64,000 nt of DNA from Candidatus Nomurabacteria bacterium (lineage in GTDB: Bacteria > Patescibacteriota > Minisyncoccia > Phycocordibacterales > UBA9973), in NCBI GenBank assembly GCA_029288805.1, contig JARIGO010000017.1, forward strand, positions 2,884 through 66,883. The letters are read 5' to 3'. The notes under the pieces are model-generated. The model saw nothing but the letters and a program-made list of their open reading frames with translations. It did not search any database and had not been told where the DNA came from. Shown piece by piece: positions 8,406 to 16,144 of this stretch. The number at the start of each line of letters is the position of its first letter. Within the stretch, counting starts at the first letter, position 1. A program made the position numbers and the translations under genes.

Positions 8406-9740
8406 ATGTATCATTGTGGTATGAACGAAACTGATCAGTCTGCTCCTGGGAAGAAGGAGCGTTTAGGCGTACGAGGATTTCTTAAGCTGTTAGGTCCGGG
8501 GCTTATTACCGGTGCGGCTGATGACGATCCTTCTGGCATTGCGACTTATTCACAAACTGGTGCACAGTTTGGCTTCGGTCAGCTATGGACCAGTCTCTAT
8601 CAAATTCCATTGCTGCTTGCTGTCCAGGAGGCATGCGCCCGTATCGGCGTTGTCACCGGCAAAGGCTTGGCAGGCATCATCAAGAAGCATTACACACGCA
8701 ATATCCTGTACGGCGTAGTGATACTGGTTATCATTGCCAACACTATCAATATCGGTGCAGATATCGGCGCCGTTGCCGCCGCTGCGCAATTAGTCATTCC
8801 GGTACCATTCGTTATTTTGGCAATTGTCACCGCAGTCGTCATTATTCTTTTGGAAGTATTCGTATCGTATAAGGCGTATTCAAAAGTTTTGAAGTGGCTT
8901 GCTATTGCATTGCTTTCATATCCCATCACGGCGCTTATCATTCACGAACCATGGGGACAGATTCTTCGTGCCACTGTTATTCCGCACTTCCAACTGTCAT
9001 TTACATTTCTCTTCATCATCACTGGTGTCTTTGGTACTTCGATTTCTCCATACATGTTCTTTTGGCAGGCTTCAGAGGAAGTGGAAGAGGAGCATGCTGA
9101 AGGCGTGCCTACTACCGCTAGCGGTAAGCCGAAATTGCCTGCAAACTACTTGCGCAATGTTCGTATCGACACCACAGCCGGCATGATTGCTGCCGAAGTG
9201 GCGCAATGGTTTATCATCATCACCACTGCAACAGTGCTGTTCAGTCATGGTGTGACCACTATCAATAGTGCCGCTGATGCTGCAAAGGCATTGCAGCCAT
9301 TGGTAAGCTCATTCCCGCATTCTGGTCTCATTGCAAAAGTTATCTTTGCAATTGGTATTATTGGCCTTGGCTTCCTCGGCATACCAGTGTTGGCAGGATC
9401 ATCAGCATACGCATTGTCCGAAGCTGCAGGGTGGAAAGAAGGCTTGTCAAAGAAATTCCACGAAGCCAAAGGCTTCTACGGCGTCATTATTGTGGGAACA
9501 CTGATCGGCCTGCTTATTAACTTTGTCGGCATCAACCCATTCAAGGCATTGGTCTTCACTGCAGTATTCAATGGCATTGCAGCAGTGCCGCTACTCTTTC
9601 TCATTGCCAAGATCAATGGCAATGCAGCTATCCTAGGAAGTAAAAAAGGCGGAGCGCTTTCACGAACGTTCGTATGGCTGACATTCGGCGTGATGGCATT
9701 GTCCGCAGTAGCATTATTATATACACTGGTATTACATTAG
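8406..9740 (+). CDS. Nramp-family divalent cation transporter with non-canonical metal-site residues (NRMT-like)
   Basis: The protein has about 11 TM helices and a TM1 motif GPGLITGAADDDPSGIATYSQTGAQFGFGQLW. Canonical Nramp has DPGN here; this protein has DPSG. TM6 reads GTSISPY instead of the canonical A-x-x-M-P-H. Start ATG 8406 is chosen because the 8379 ATG lies inside the terminator loop; 8421 is also possible. Confidence 0.8.
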   Translation: MYHCGMNETDQSAPGKKERLGVRGFLKLLGPGLITGAADDDPSGIATYSQTGAQFGFGQLWTSLYQIPLLLAVQEACARIGVVTGKGLAGIIKKHYTRNILYGVVILVIIANTINIGADIGAVAAAAQLVIPVPFVILAIVTAVVIILLEVFVSYKAYSKVLKWLAIALLSYPITALIIHEPWGQILRATVIPHFQLSFTFLFIITGVFGTSISPYMFFWQASEEVEEEHAEGVPTTASGKPKLPANYLRNVRIDTTAGMIAAEVAQWFIIITTATVLFSHGVTTINSAADAAKALQPLVSSFPHSGLIAKVIFAIGIIGLGFLGIPVLAGSSAYALSEAAGWKEGLSKKFHEAKGFYGVIIVGTLIGLLINFVGINPFKALVFTAVFNGIAAVPLLFLIAKINGNAAILGSKKGGALSRTFVWLTFGVMALSAVALLYTLVLH

Positions 9741-9741
9741 T

Positions 9742-10038
9742 ATGAACACATTCAACAGATTCGGATACGTATTTTTTATCTTTACTTATATCTTCCTGGG
9801 AACATGGCTCTATCAGGGCATATCAGGAAACTACGGTTTTTGTTTGGCAGGGAATAGTAAGGCCAATATTCTTGGATTGCTCTGTGGCCTCAGTGCGCTT
9901 CTGACCATACCGTTTTATATCAATCACCAGCGTTCTACAGTAAAGGCATTTGGCTACTTCACGGTCTGTCTTGGCGTAGCGGTTGTGCTGGTCATCGCGT
10001 ACCGGTATGTCTCTGTTGTGCCAATGTGCCTTCAGTAA
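9742..10038 (+). CDS. hypothetical small membrane protein (3 TM)
   Basis: The 98-aa ORF is hydrophobic throughout. It is co-directional with the Nramp gene and abuts it tightly. Confidence 0.5.
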   Translation: MNTFNRFGYVFFIFTYIFLGTWLYQGISGNYGFCLAGNSKANILGLLCGLSALLTIPFYINHQRSTVKAFGYFTVCLGVAVVLVIAYRYVSVVPMCLQ

Positions 10039-10042
10039 AAGT

Positions 10043-10063
10043 GAGAGCTGCCCGGCAGCTCTC
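10043..10063 (+). terminator. perfect 9-bp hairpin GAGAGCTGC/GCAGCTCTC without a clear U-tract
   Basis: An inverted repeat lies directly after the stop of the 9742-10038 ORF. Confidence 0.3.
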
Positions 10064-10115
10064 AGACGTTGCAAAAATAACGCTTTATAGTAGAATTGTC
10101 TGACATCTAAATAAC

Positions 10116-10188
10116 GGGCCCTTAGCTCAGCTGGTAGAGCAGTGCTTTTGCAAAGCAAAGGTCAGGAGTTCGAATCTCCTAGGGTCCA
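10116..10188 (+). tRNA. tRNA-Ala (anticodon TGC)
   Basis: The acceptor GGGCCCT/AGGGTCC carries the G3:U70 alanine identity pair. The D-arm is GCTC-AGCTGGTA-GAGC. The anticodon loop TTTGCAA gives anticodon UGC. The T-arm is AGGAG-TTCGAAT-CTCCT, the discriminator is A, and CCA is not encoded. Confidence 0.9.
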
Positions 10189-10267
10189 CTATCGTTTCGT
10201 TACTACGAACTCTTATAAACATTGGCTCATAAGGCTTCTTTCAGATTTTTTCCTGTCAAAATATTAA

Positions 10268-10291
10268 GGGTAGTTCAGGAGATTCGAACTC
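10268..10291 (-). other. tRNA 3'-half-like fragment on the minus strand (T-arm plus a divergent acceptor 3' strand)
   Basis: The minus strand reads GAGTTCGAATCTCCTGAACTACCC. The first 15 nt are identical to the T-arm of the adjacent tRNA-Ala in inverted orientation. No complete cloverleaf can be folded, and it is followed by a T-rich tract. Confidence 0.5.
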
Positions 10292-10340
10292 GGTCTTTTC
10301 GTGTTAAGATAAGGTCAGTAATAGCTTAATTATTTATATT

Positions 10341-10619
10341 ATGATTGACCCAAAAACTATAGATTTGAATCAGGTACCAAAGAAGTTTTGTGACGGAGCT
10401 ATCGGCGGTTTTAATAAGGAAACCTTTATTATTGTGCCAACCTCTGGTACTGAACTTATGCCTCTCATTACTACTCCTCAGATCGCTAAAAGCATTGCTA
10501 TTTGGCTTTTAAATAATGTTCAAGAATATGAGAAACAGTTTGGTGAGATAGATATGATCCCTCCTCAGATACAGAGCCCTATTCAGATCGCTGACCTTAA
10601 TAAGCCTGGAAATAGTTAA
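10341..10619 (+). CDS. small protein resembling the DUF3467 family; first gene of an AT-rich 3-gene cassette
   Basis: The 92-aa ORF ends TPQIAKSIAIWLLNNVQEYEKQFGEIDM. This recalls the conserved DUF3467 C-terminus (tP..AK..L...L.dNi.kYE..fGeI). The assignment rests on recollection of that signature. Confidence 0.5.
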   Translation: MIDPKTIDLNQVPKKFCDGAIGGFNKETFIIVPTSGTELMPLITTPQIAKSIAIWLLNNVQEYEKQFGEIDMIPPQIQSPIQIADLNKPGNS

Positions 10620-10623
10620 TAAA

Positions 10624-11055
10624 ATGCCTAAGACATCATTAATACAAAATAATAACAAATTCAAAATTAGTTATTTAGTCCTGTGTGATTTCGCGTCTCT
10701 ATCTAATCAGAATAAATTAAATATTATTGGGGCTTTTGAAAATATTTCTGCAACGGAAGTTCCTTCAATGCACCCTCAGTTTTTTATCGCTGGTTCAATT
10801 AAGGTTATTCAGAAAGGTAAGTATGACTTTTCAATAATAATCATTGACAATGATGGTATTGAAATTGCTCAAAAACAGAATTTTCCATATGATTCAGCTG
10901 AAGCCGCGAAAAGCAATAGCCAAGATGACAACATTCTCTTGCTGGTTCAGATAGTAAATTTAAAACTTGAAAAATTTGGTGATTACAAAGTTGTATTAAG
11001 TGCCGATGAAGAAGTTTTGGCGGAAGCTGAATTTCATGTAGTCAAGGCTAAGTAA
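10624..11055 (+). CDS. hypothetical protein (cassette gene 2)
   Basis: The 143-aa ORF starts 5 nt after the previous stop. It has low GC and its alternating hydrophobic pattern suggests a beta-rich fold. No family was recognised. Confidence 0.5.
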   Translation: MPKTSLIQNNNKFKISYLVLCDFASLSNQNKLNIIGAFENISATEVPSMHPQFFIAGSIKVIQKGKYDFSIIIIDNDGIEIAQKQNFPYDSAEAAKSNSQDDNILLLVQIVNLKLEKFGDYKVVLSADEEVLAEAEFHVVKAK

Positions 11056-11063
11056 TTATTTCT

Positions 11064-11726
11064 ATGGCCTCTACTAAGAAAGTTGGCAACCAAAAACCTC
11101 CAACTGTATTGGGAAGTAGTGCCTCAACTTTTTCATCAGCACCAAACATACAGCAGCTTGTCAGCATTGAGGATAAGGTTCCAAACGATAAGGATTGGTA
11201 TATTTTTGTTAACTCTTATCTAAATTTAAGCCTTTATGCTTGCGAATCTATTTTGACTAAAAAATTTACAACAAAAAACAAGGCAGTATTGATTGCTATA
11301 ATTTTTAATATAAAACATAGCTTAGAAATAATAATTAAAGCATTTCAAAAGACATTAAATGAAGAAACCGAAGTCAAATATGGTCATAACATAAAATTGC
11401 TAATTTCTGAGTTTAAGAAAAATATTATTAAAAAGAGCAAGAACACTCCTGAAAAGAAGAAGTCACTAAGCAAAGATATAGGTAAGCTCGAAGATTTTAT
11501 AAATAAATACTACGAGTTAAGTATATTGAACAGTTACCTAAAAGATTGCTTCACTATTTCTGATCCAGAGAATACCTTTTTAAGATATCCGAAGAATTCA
11601 GCATATCTAACAGTAAATTATGACAAGTTATTTAATCAAATGACAAATGCCGATCTGGTTAACATTAAAAAAGATATTGACATGATTGCTGTATTGGTAA
11701 AAAAAATAAAACCAACCCTTCAATAG
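11064..11726 (+). CDS. hypothetical protein (cassette gene 3), Lys-rich and predicted mostly alpha-helical
   Basis: The 220-aa ORF starts 9 nt after the previous stop and is very AT-rich. No family was recognised. Confidence 0.5.
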   Translation: MASTKKVGNQKPPTVLGSSASTFSSAPNIQQLVSIEDKVPNDKDWYIFVNSYLNLSLYACESILTKKFTTKNKAVLIAIIFNIKHSLEIIIKAFQKTLNEETEVKYGHNIKLLISEFKKNIIKKSKNTPEKKKSLSKDIGKLEDFINKYYELSILNSYLKDCFTISDPENTFLRYPKNSAYLTVNYDKLFNQMTNADLVNIKKDIDMIAVLVKKIKPTLQ

Positions 11727-11868
11727 CCTTTTTATTAATTTTTGATTCGCTTATTCTAAGTTATTCCTATCACATATATCCCTTAAGTTTTTTAAATGGC
11801 CAACAATACTCTGCCAGTACTCCTTTGACTGATATATCTTTTGCTCGTTTTTCAAAACCCCCTTACCG

Positions 11869-11967
11869 ACACTGTTTTTATTATCAGATTGATAGTCCAC
11901 AAGCAAAAATCCCTCTCTTAGAAATAAGGAAGGGATTTTTGCTTGTGGACCCGAATTAAACAGTGTC
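11869..11967. repeat. nested perfect inverted repeats: outer 10-bp GACACTGTTT/AAACAGTGTC enclosing a 21-bp perfect stem (11895-11915 with 11931-11951)
   Basis: The 21-bp stem GGTCCACAAGCAAAAATCCCT and its exact reverse complement are separated by a 15-nt loop. The outer 10-mer pair flanks it. Confidence 0.6.
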
Positions 11968-11971
11968 CACG

Positions 11972-12000
11972 ACCTGTACAACATTCTATGTTGTACAGGT
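11972..12000. repeat. 13-bp perfect palindrome ACCTGTACAACAT-tct-ATGTTGTACAGGT
   Basis: The repeat was seen directly in the sequence. No U-tract lies on either side, so it is not a canonical terminator. Confidence 0.55.
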
Positions 12001-12026
12001 AACTATAAACGTTCTATACTATTTGC

Positions 12027-12758
12027 ATGAGAACACTACAAGAACAACATCCGCTCGTTAAGCTTGGTTTGATTTTGGGCGGAAGCTTTTTGATCGCCGT
12101 TATACTGTCAGCCGTTACCGTTTTTCAAATTCGCGCACAGAACGACACGGTATCAGTAACCGGTTCTGCAAAGATGGAAGTGACATCTGACCAGGCAAAG
12201 TGGACAACCCAAACTGACCGACAAGTTTCAGAAGCAGATCTTAAGCAGGGATACTCAGAGCTGGCTTCTGACCTTACTGCTACCGAAGCTTTCTTCAAAG
12301 CCCAAGGCATCACGAGTGATGAAATAACCGTTACGCCAGTTTCAATGACACAGGTCTATCAGGAAAACCAATCAGCTCCAAAGCTCTATGACCTTACTCA
12401 GACATTCACTATTCAGTCCAACGATGTGAAGAAACTTACCTCAGCTGCAAATAACGTTTCTGACCTGATTAACCAAGGCGTTATCTTCTCAACTGTCTCT
12501 CTTGAATACTATTATTCAAAGCTTGCCGATGCTCGAGTACAACTCTTGTCTCAAGCTATCTCTGATGCAAAGGAGCGAGCAGCGCAGCTCGCAAAAAATT
12601 CTGGACGTGGTGTCGGTACCCTCAAGAGCGCAAACAGCGGGGTAGTGCAAGTGCAGTCATTGAACTCTACTGATGTTTCAGACTACGGTAGTTACGATAC
12701 GTCTCAGATTGAAAAGCAAATCACTGAAACCGTAAAAGCATCATTCTCATTGCGATAA
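12027..12758 (+). CDS. SIMPL-domain (DUF541) periplasmic/secreted protein
   Basis: The protein has an N-terminal TM/signal anchor. The pattern SAKMEVTSDQAKWT ... SGRGVGTLKSANSGVVQVQ is typical of the SIMPL/26-kDa periplasmic immunogenic protein family. Confidence 0.7.
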   Translation: MRTLQEQHPLVKLGLILGGSFLIAVILSAVTVFQIRAQNDTVSVTGSAKMEVTSDQAKWTTQTDRQVSEADLKQGYSELASDLTATEAFFKAQGITSDEITVTPVSMTQVYQENQSAPKLYDLTQTFTIQSNDVKKLTSAANNVSDLINQGVIFSTVSLEYYYSKLADARVQLLSQAISDAKERAAQLAKNSGRGVGTLKSANSGVVQVQSLNSTDVSDYGSYDTSQIEKQITETVKASFSLR

Positions 12759-12759
12759 C

Positions 12760-13530
12760 ATGAAAAAAGCAGTCGTATCATTTCTTATAGCCATGCTGAG
12801 TGTTACGCTCTTTTCTTCCGCGGCGTTTGCAGCTTCAGCTCTGCCTTCCAATACCGTATGGTACGAACCAGCAAATGCCGCCGTCGGTGTTGCCATCAAT
12901 CTTCATGCCCTGGTTTATAACAACACTAGTAGCACCGTAACAGTGACAGTTGGTTTTAATACCACTAAAGGAACTCTTGCGACCGCGACAGGAGAGATTG
13001 CGCCTCAGGCTGCCAAGACATTGACTGCTGCGTGGAAAATGCCCGCTGCCAGTACTATCATAACCGGTGCTGTTACCAAGGCTGTGGTTACCAGCACTAA
13101 AAAATCTGTTCCCAGTTTGGTGGGAACACTGGGCAGTATTACCGTAGCTCACCTTGGCACAACGACAGAAACAACAGGCGTAGGATTATTTCCTGCAGGA
13201 TTTCCTGGCAGTGCTCAGCTCAACGTATGGCTTGCACCGATTTTTAATTCCATAGAACGTTTTCGTACTACCGAAGCGGCAACCCTTACTACGTTGCGAG
13301 ATACAAGCAAGGCGCAAGTCAGTAAGACTCAGCATAGCACTGTATCGGCTGACTCCACTGCTCCGGCCAGTGACGCATTGAGCAGTACCTTTTCAAACCC
13401 AAGCGTATACTTCAACTACCTCTACAGTAGCGCCTTAGCGCCGGTCTTCTCAAATGCAGCCGTTTTTTACATCGTATTAGTACTTTTGGTTTTGCTAGTT
13501 TTGCGATTTATTGTCAATCTTTTGTTCTAA
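12760..13530 (+). CDS. secreted Thr/Ser/Ala-rich surface protein with signal peptide and C-terminal TM anchor
   Basis: The ORF has a signal peptide (MKKAVVSFLIAMLSVTLFSSAAFA), a low-complexity T/S/A-rich body and a C-terminal hydrophobic anchor (VFYIVLVLLVLLVLRFIV). Confidence 0.55.
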   Translation: MKKAVVSFLIAMLSVTLFSSAAFAASALPSNTVWYEPANAAVGVAINLHALVYNNTSSTVTVTVGFNTTKGTLATATGEIAPQAAKTLTAAWKMPAASTIITGAVTKAVVTSTKKSVPSLVGTLGSITVAHLGTTTETTGVGLFPAGFPGSAQLNVWLAPIFNSIERFRTTEAATLTTLRDTSKAQVSKTQHSTVSADSTAPASDALSSTFSNPSVYFNYLYSSALAPVFSNAAVFYIVLVLLVLLVLRFIVNLLF

Positions 13531-13551
13531 AATATGTGCTAAAATAGCGAC

Positions 13552-13830
13552 ATGATTCGCATTTTTCTAGGCATATTAGTATTGATCGCGGCAGTAGTAT
13601 GGTTCCCGCTGTGGGTTCAAATAGCACTCTTTATAATAGCGATTGTGATAGTGCCATACCGCTTTTTTCTCATAATTCCTGCCATTGTCAGTGATGCATT
13701 ATATGCTTCTGGTTCAGCGCTGAGTATTCGAGCGCATTGGATGATATTGCTCGTATTGGCACTCCTCGGTATTCATTATTTTGTTATGAAAATGCTGCGA
13801 ATTCGCACACTCTATGGTTTGGAAGCGTAA
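13552..13830 (+). CDS. small polytopic membrane protein (position suggests MreD-like, unverified)
   Basis: The 92-aa ORF is entirely hydrophobic. It lies immediately upstream of and slightly overlaps the PBP2 gene. Confidence 0.4.
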   Translation: MIRIFLGILVLIAAVVWFPLWVQIALFIIAIVIVPYRFFLIIPAIVSDALYASGSALSIRAHWMILLVLALLGIHYFVMKMLRIRTLYGLEA

Positions 13831-15511
13831 TACTCGAAAAAAGAAAAAGGGCATAGAGCTCAATCCGGATGAGATCTTGCTCGATGTGAACAACCTGCCC
13901 GCATTCGATCGTCAGCAGTTTGAAGGTCGTATGGAACAACCGTTAGCAAAGCGCTCCTTTGCTTTATTGGTAGTGGTAATGATTTTTGCAGCGTTATTTT
14001 TCGTGGGGCGATTGGGTTATCTGCAAATTGTAAGAACTGCATACTATACACAAAAAAGTGAAAACAATAGTTTGAATCATATTGCGGTCTTTGCTGATAG
14101 GGGTGTAATCTATGATCGCAATGGAGTAGAGCTTGCCTGGAACACTCCCGGCAATGATGTGGCCCCAACATTTCGTAACTATATTACGGATCCTGGTTTC
14201 GCTAACTTATTGGGGTACGTGTCATACCCAGCTAAAGACTCGCGGGGAAACTTTTGGCAGACTCGCGTTATTGGTAAGGATGGCGTGGAAAAACAGTTCG
14301 ATACTGACCTTGCAGGAAAAAACGGAACACAGCTTATCGAAACAAATGTGAATGGCAAGGTTCAGACACAGGGAATCGTCGAGGATCCTGTACAAGGTAA
14401 AAACATCTCGTTATCTATCGATAACCAAGTTCAGGAGACGCTGTACAACGGTATTCAAAGTTTGGCCCAAAGTTCTGGGTATGTGGGAGGTGCCGGGGCA
14501 GTCATGGATATTAAGACCGGTGAGCTCATTGCCATGACCAGTTATCCTGAATATGATGAAAACGTATTGTCTACCGGTAAGGACAAGGCCTTGATCCAGA
14601 GTTACCTTACTGATCCTGCGCGGCCGTTTCTTAATCGCATGACTGACGGTTTGTACACGCCGGGTTCAATCGTGAAGCCGTTCTTTGCATTGGGTGCATT
14701 GCAGCAGGGTATTATCGCTCCTGATACCGTCTTGCATACAACAGGTTCCTTGAAGATTCCTAATCCATACAGTCCAGGAAAATACACGGTCTTTATCGAT
14801 AACGCCAATCACGGAGATGAAGACATGTATAAGGCCATTGCGGTGTCATCTGACGTATACTTCTATGAAATCGGTGGAGGGTTTGGCAATCAGCCGGGTC
14901 TTGGTATCAATAACCTCGATAAGTACGCAAACATGTTTGGCATTGGCCAGAAGACCGGTATAAATTTTTCCGGTGAACTCACGGGTACGGTTCCAAGCAT
15001 TGCCTGGAAGGCAAAGAACTTCCCAAATGATCCATGGCGCATTGGTGACACCTATCACACCTCCATTGGTCAGTATGGTTTCCAAGTTACGCCAATACAA
15101 ATGCTGCGCGCAGTGTCCGGCATTGCTTCTCGAGGCACATTGGTAACGCCATCTATTCTTAAGAGTGTTGACGGCAAGCCTATTGGTGCGACCCAGGTCT
15201 CACCTCAGTTCACGAGCGCTGATTACGATGTCATCTTTAAGGCTATGGGGATGGACGTCAGCGACCCAGAAGGTACTGCGACAAATTTGGCTGATCCTAA
15301 TATTCCGGTAGCGGCAAAGACTGGTACGGCGCAAATCAATGGCAATACGCGCGTGAATTCATGGATTGAAGGATTCTTTCCACTGAATGATCCTAAGTAT
15401 GCTTTTATTGTTTTAATGGAGAACGGGCCGATCGTTTCCAGTGGTGCCAAGTATGCCATTAAGCCTGTTATTAGCCTGTATTCTGCCAACCCAAAGCTTT
15501 TGACCGAGTAA
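13814..15511 (+). CDS. mrdA: penicillin-binding protein 2 (peptidoglycan D,D-transpeptidase, elongation-type)
   Basis: An N-terminal cytoplasmic tail and TM helix are followed by the three transpeptidase motifs. SxxK is SIVKPF, SxN is SSD, and KTG is KTGTA. Confidence 0.85.
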   Translation: MVWKRNTRKKKKGIELNPDEILLDVNNLPAFDRQQFEGRMEQPLAKRSFALLVVVMIFAALFFVGRLGYLQIVRTAYYTQKSENNSLNHIAVFADRGVIYDRNGVELAWNTPGNDVAPTFRNYITDPGFANLLGYVSYPAKDSRGNFWQTRVIGKDGVEKQFDTDLAGKNGTQLIETNVNGKVQTQGIVEDPVQGKNISLSIDNQVQETLYNGIQSLAQSSGYVGGAGAVMDIKTGELIAMTSYPEYDENVLSTGKDKALIQSYLTDPARPFLNRMTDGLYTPGSIVKPFFALGALQQGIIAPDTVLHTTGSLKIPNPYSPGKYTVFIDNANHGDEDMYKAIAVSSDVYFYEIGGGFGNQPGLGINNLDKYANMFGIGQKTGINFSGELTGTVPSIAWKAKNFPNDPWRIGDTYHTSIGQYGFQVTPIQMLRAVSGIASRGTLVTPSILKSVDGKPIGATQVSPQFTSADYDVIFKAMGMDVSDPEGTATNLADPNIPVAAKTGTAQINGNTRVNSWIEGFFPLNDPKYAFIVLMENGPIVSSGAKYAIKPVISLYSANPKLLTE

Positions 15512-15537
15512 AAAAAAGATAGTATAGTAGGTCATCC

Positions 15538-15996
15538 ATGAAGGAATATCTAACAAAAGAAAATAAAGAAGCCCTTGAAGCGGAGCTCAAAGAGCTTACC
15601 GGTCCAAAGCGCAAGGAGATTATTGATGCACTTGAATATGCCAAGTCACTTGGTGACCTTTCTGAAAATGCGGAGTATCACATCGCACGCGAAGAGCAGG
15701 GCAAGCTTCAGGAACGCATCAGCACTATCGAACATGTTTTGAAAAATGCCATCGTTGTTGACCGTCCATCAGACGGTACGGTTGATGTCGGCTCTACAGT
15801 TATTATCCAAAAAGACGGAGAGAGTAATACTCGTACATTCGTAATCGTTGGTAGTGAAGAAACAGACATGTTGTCTGGAAAAATTTCCTACAAGTCTCCA
15901 ATTGGCAGTGCGCTGCACGGCAAGAAAAAAGGCGACTGGGTCACCGTTACCACACCAAAAGGTGATATGGCGTACGAGATCATTAGTGTTGAATAA
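15538..15996 (+). CDS. greA: transcription elongation factor GreA
   Basis: The N-terminal coiled-coil contains the acidic tip SLGDLSENAEYHIAREEQG. A C-terminal FKBP-like domain is present. Confidence 0.9.
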   Translation: MKEYLTKENKEALEAELKELTGPKRKEIIDALEYAKSLGDLSENAEYHIAREEQGKLQERISTIEHVLKNAIVVDRPSDGTVDVGSTVIIQKDGESNTRTFVIVGSEETDMLSGKISYKSPIGSALHGKKKGDWVTVTTPKGDMAYEIISVE

Positions 15997-16025
15997 ACTA
16001 TTTAAATAAAAGGTATTTTTAAAAA

Positions 16026-16055
16026 ATCAGGAGGTCCGACCTCCTGATTTTTTTA
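16026..16055 (+). terminator. rho-independent terminator after greA
   Basis: A 9-bp stem ATCAGGAGG/CCTCCTGAT with a 5-nt loop is followed by TTTTTTT. Confidence 0.7.
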
Positions 16056-16095
16056 TCGTGTTTATCCACACAAATAGTTTGCGGCAGGGGAACAA

Positions 16096-16131
16096 AGTGG
16101 AGTATAATGGGACTAAGTGGGACAGAGTGGT
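16096..16131 (+). promoter_or_regulatory. mra promoter with MraZ operator: four (G)TGG(G) repeats at exact 10-bp periodicity overlapping a TATAAT -10
   Basis: The TGG cores lie at 16098, 16108, 16118 and 16128. The TATAAT box is at 16103-16108, 37 nt upstream of the mraZ ATG. Confidence 0.6.
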
Positions 16132-16144
16132 AAATGTAAGAAAT

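Noticed and set aside
8512-9469. Several 60-95 aa ORFs on both strands inside the Nramp-family gene, with Cys/Arg/His-rich translations
   Set aside because: These are alternative-frame artefacts within a GC-richer membrane-protein gene. The Nramp frame is continuous and motif-supported.
10268-10345. A complete minus-strand tRNA gene containing the tRNA-like fragment
   Set aside because: Only 3 bp of T-stem can form with the upstream partner, and no D-arm or anticodon arm can be folded from 10292-10345. It is a fragment, not a gene.
13552-13830. Calling the small membrane protein upstream of PBP2 as MreD
   Set aside because: Only position and hydrophobicity support it, and mreB/mreC are not adjacent. 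It is kept as a hypothetical membrane protein.
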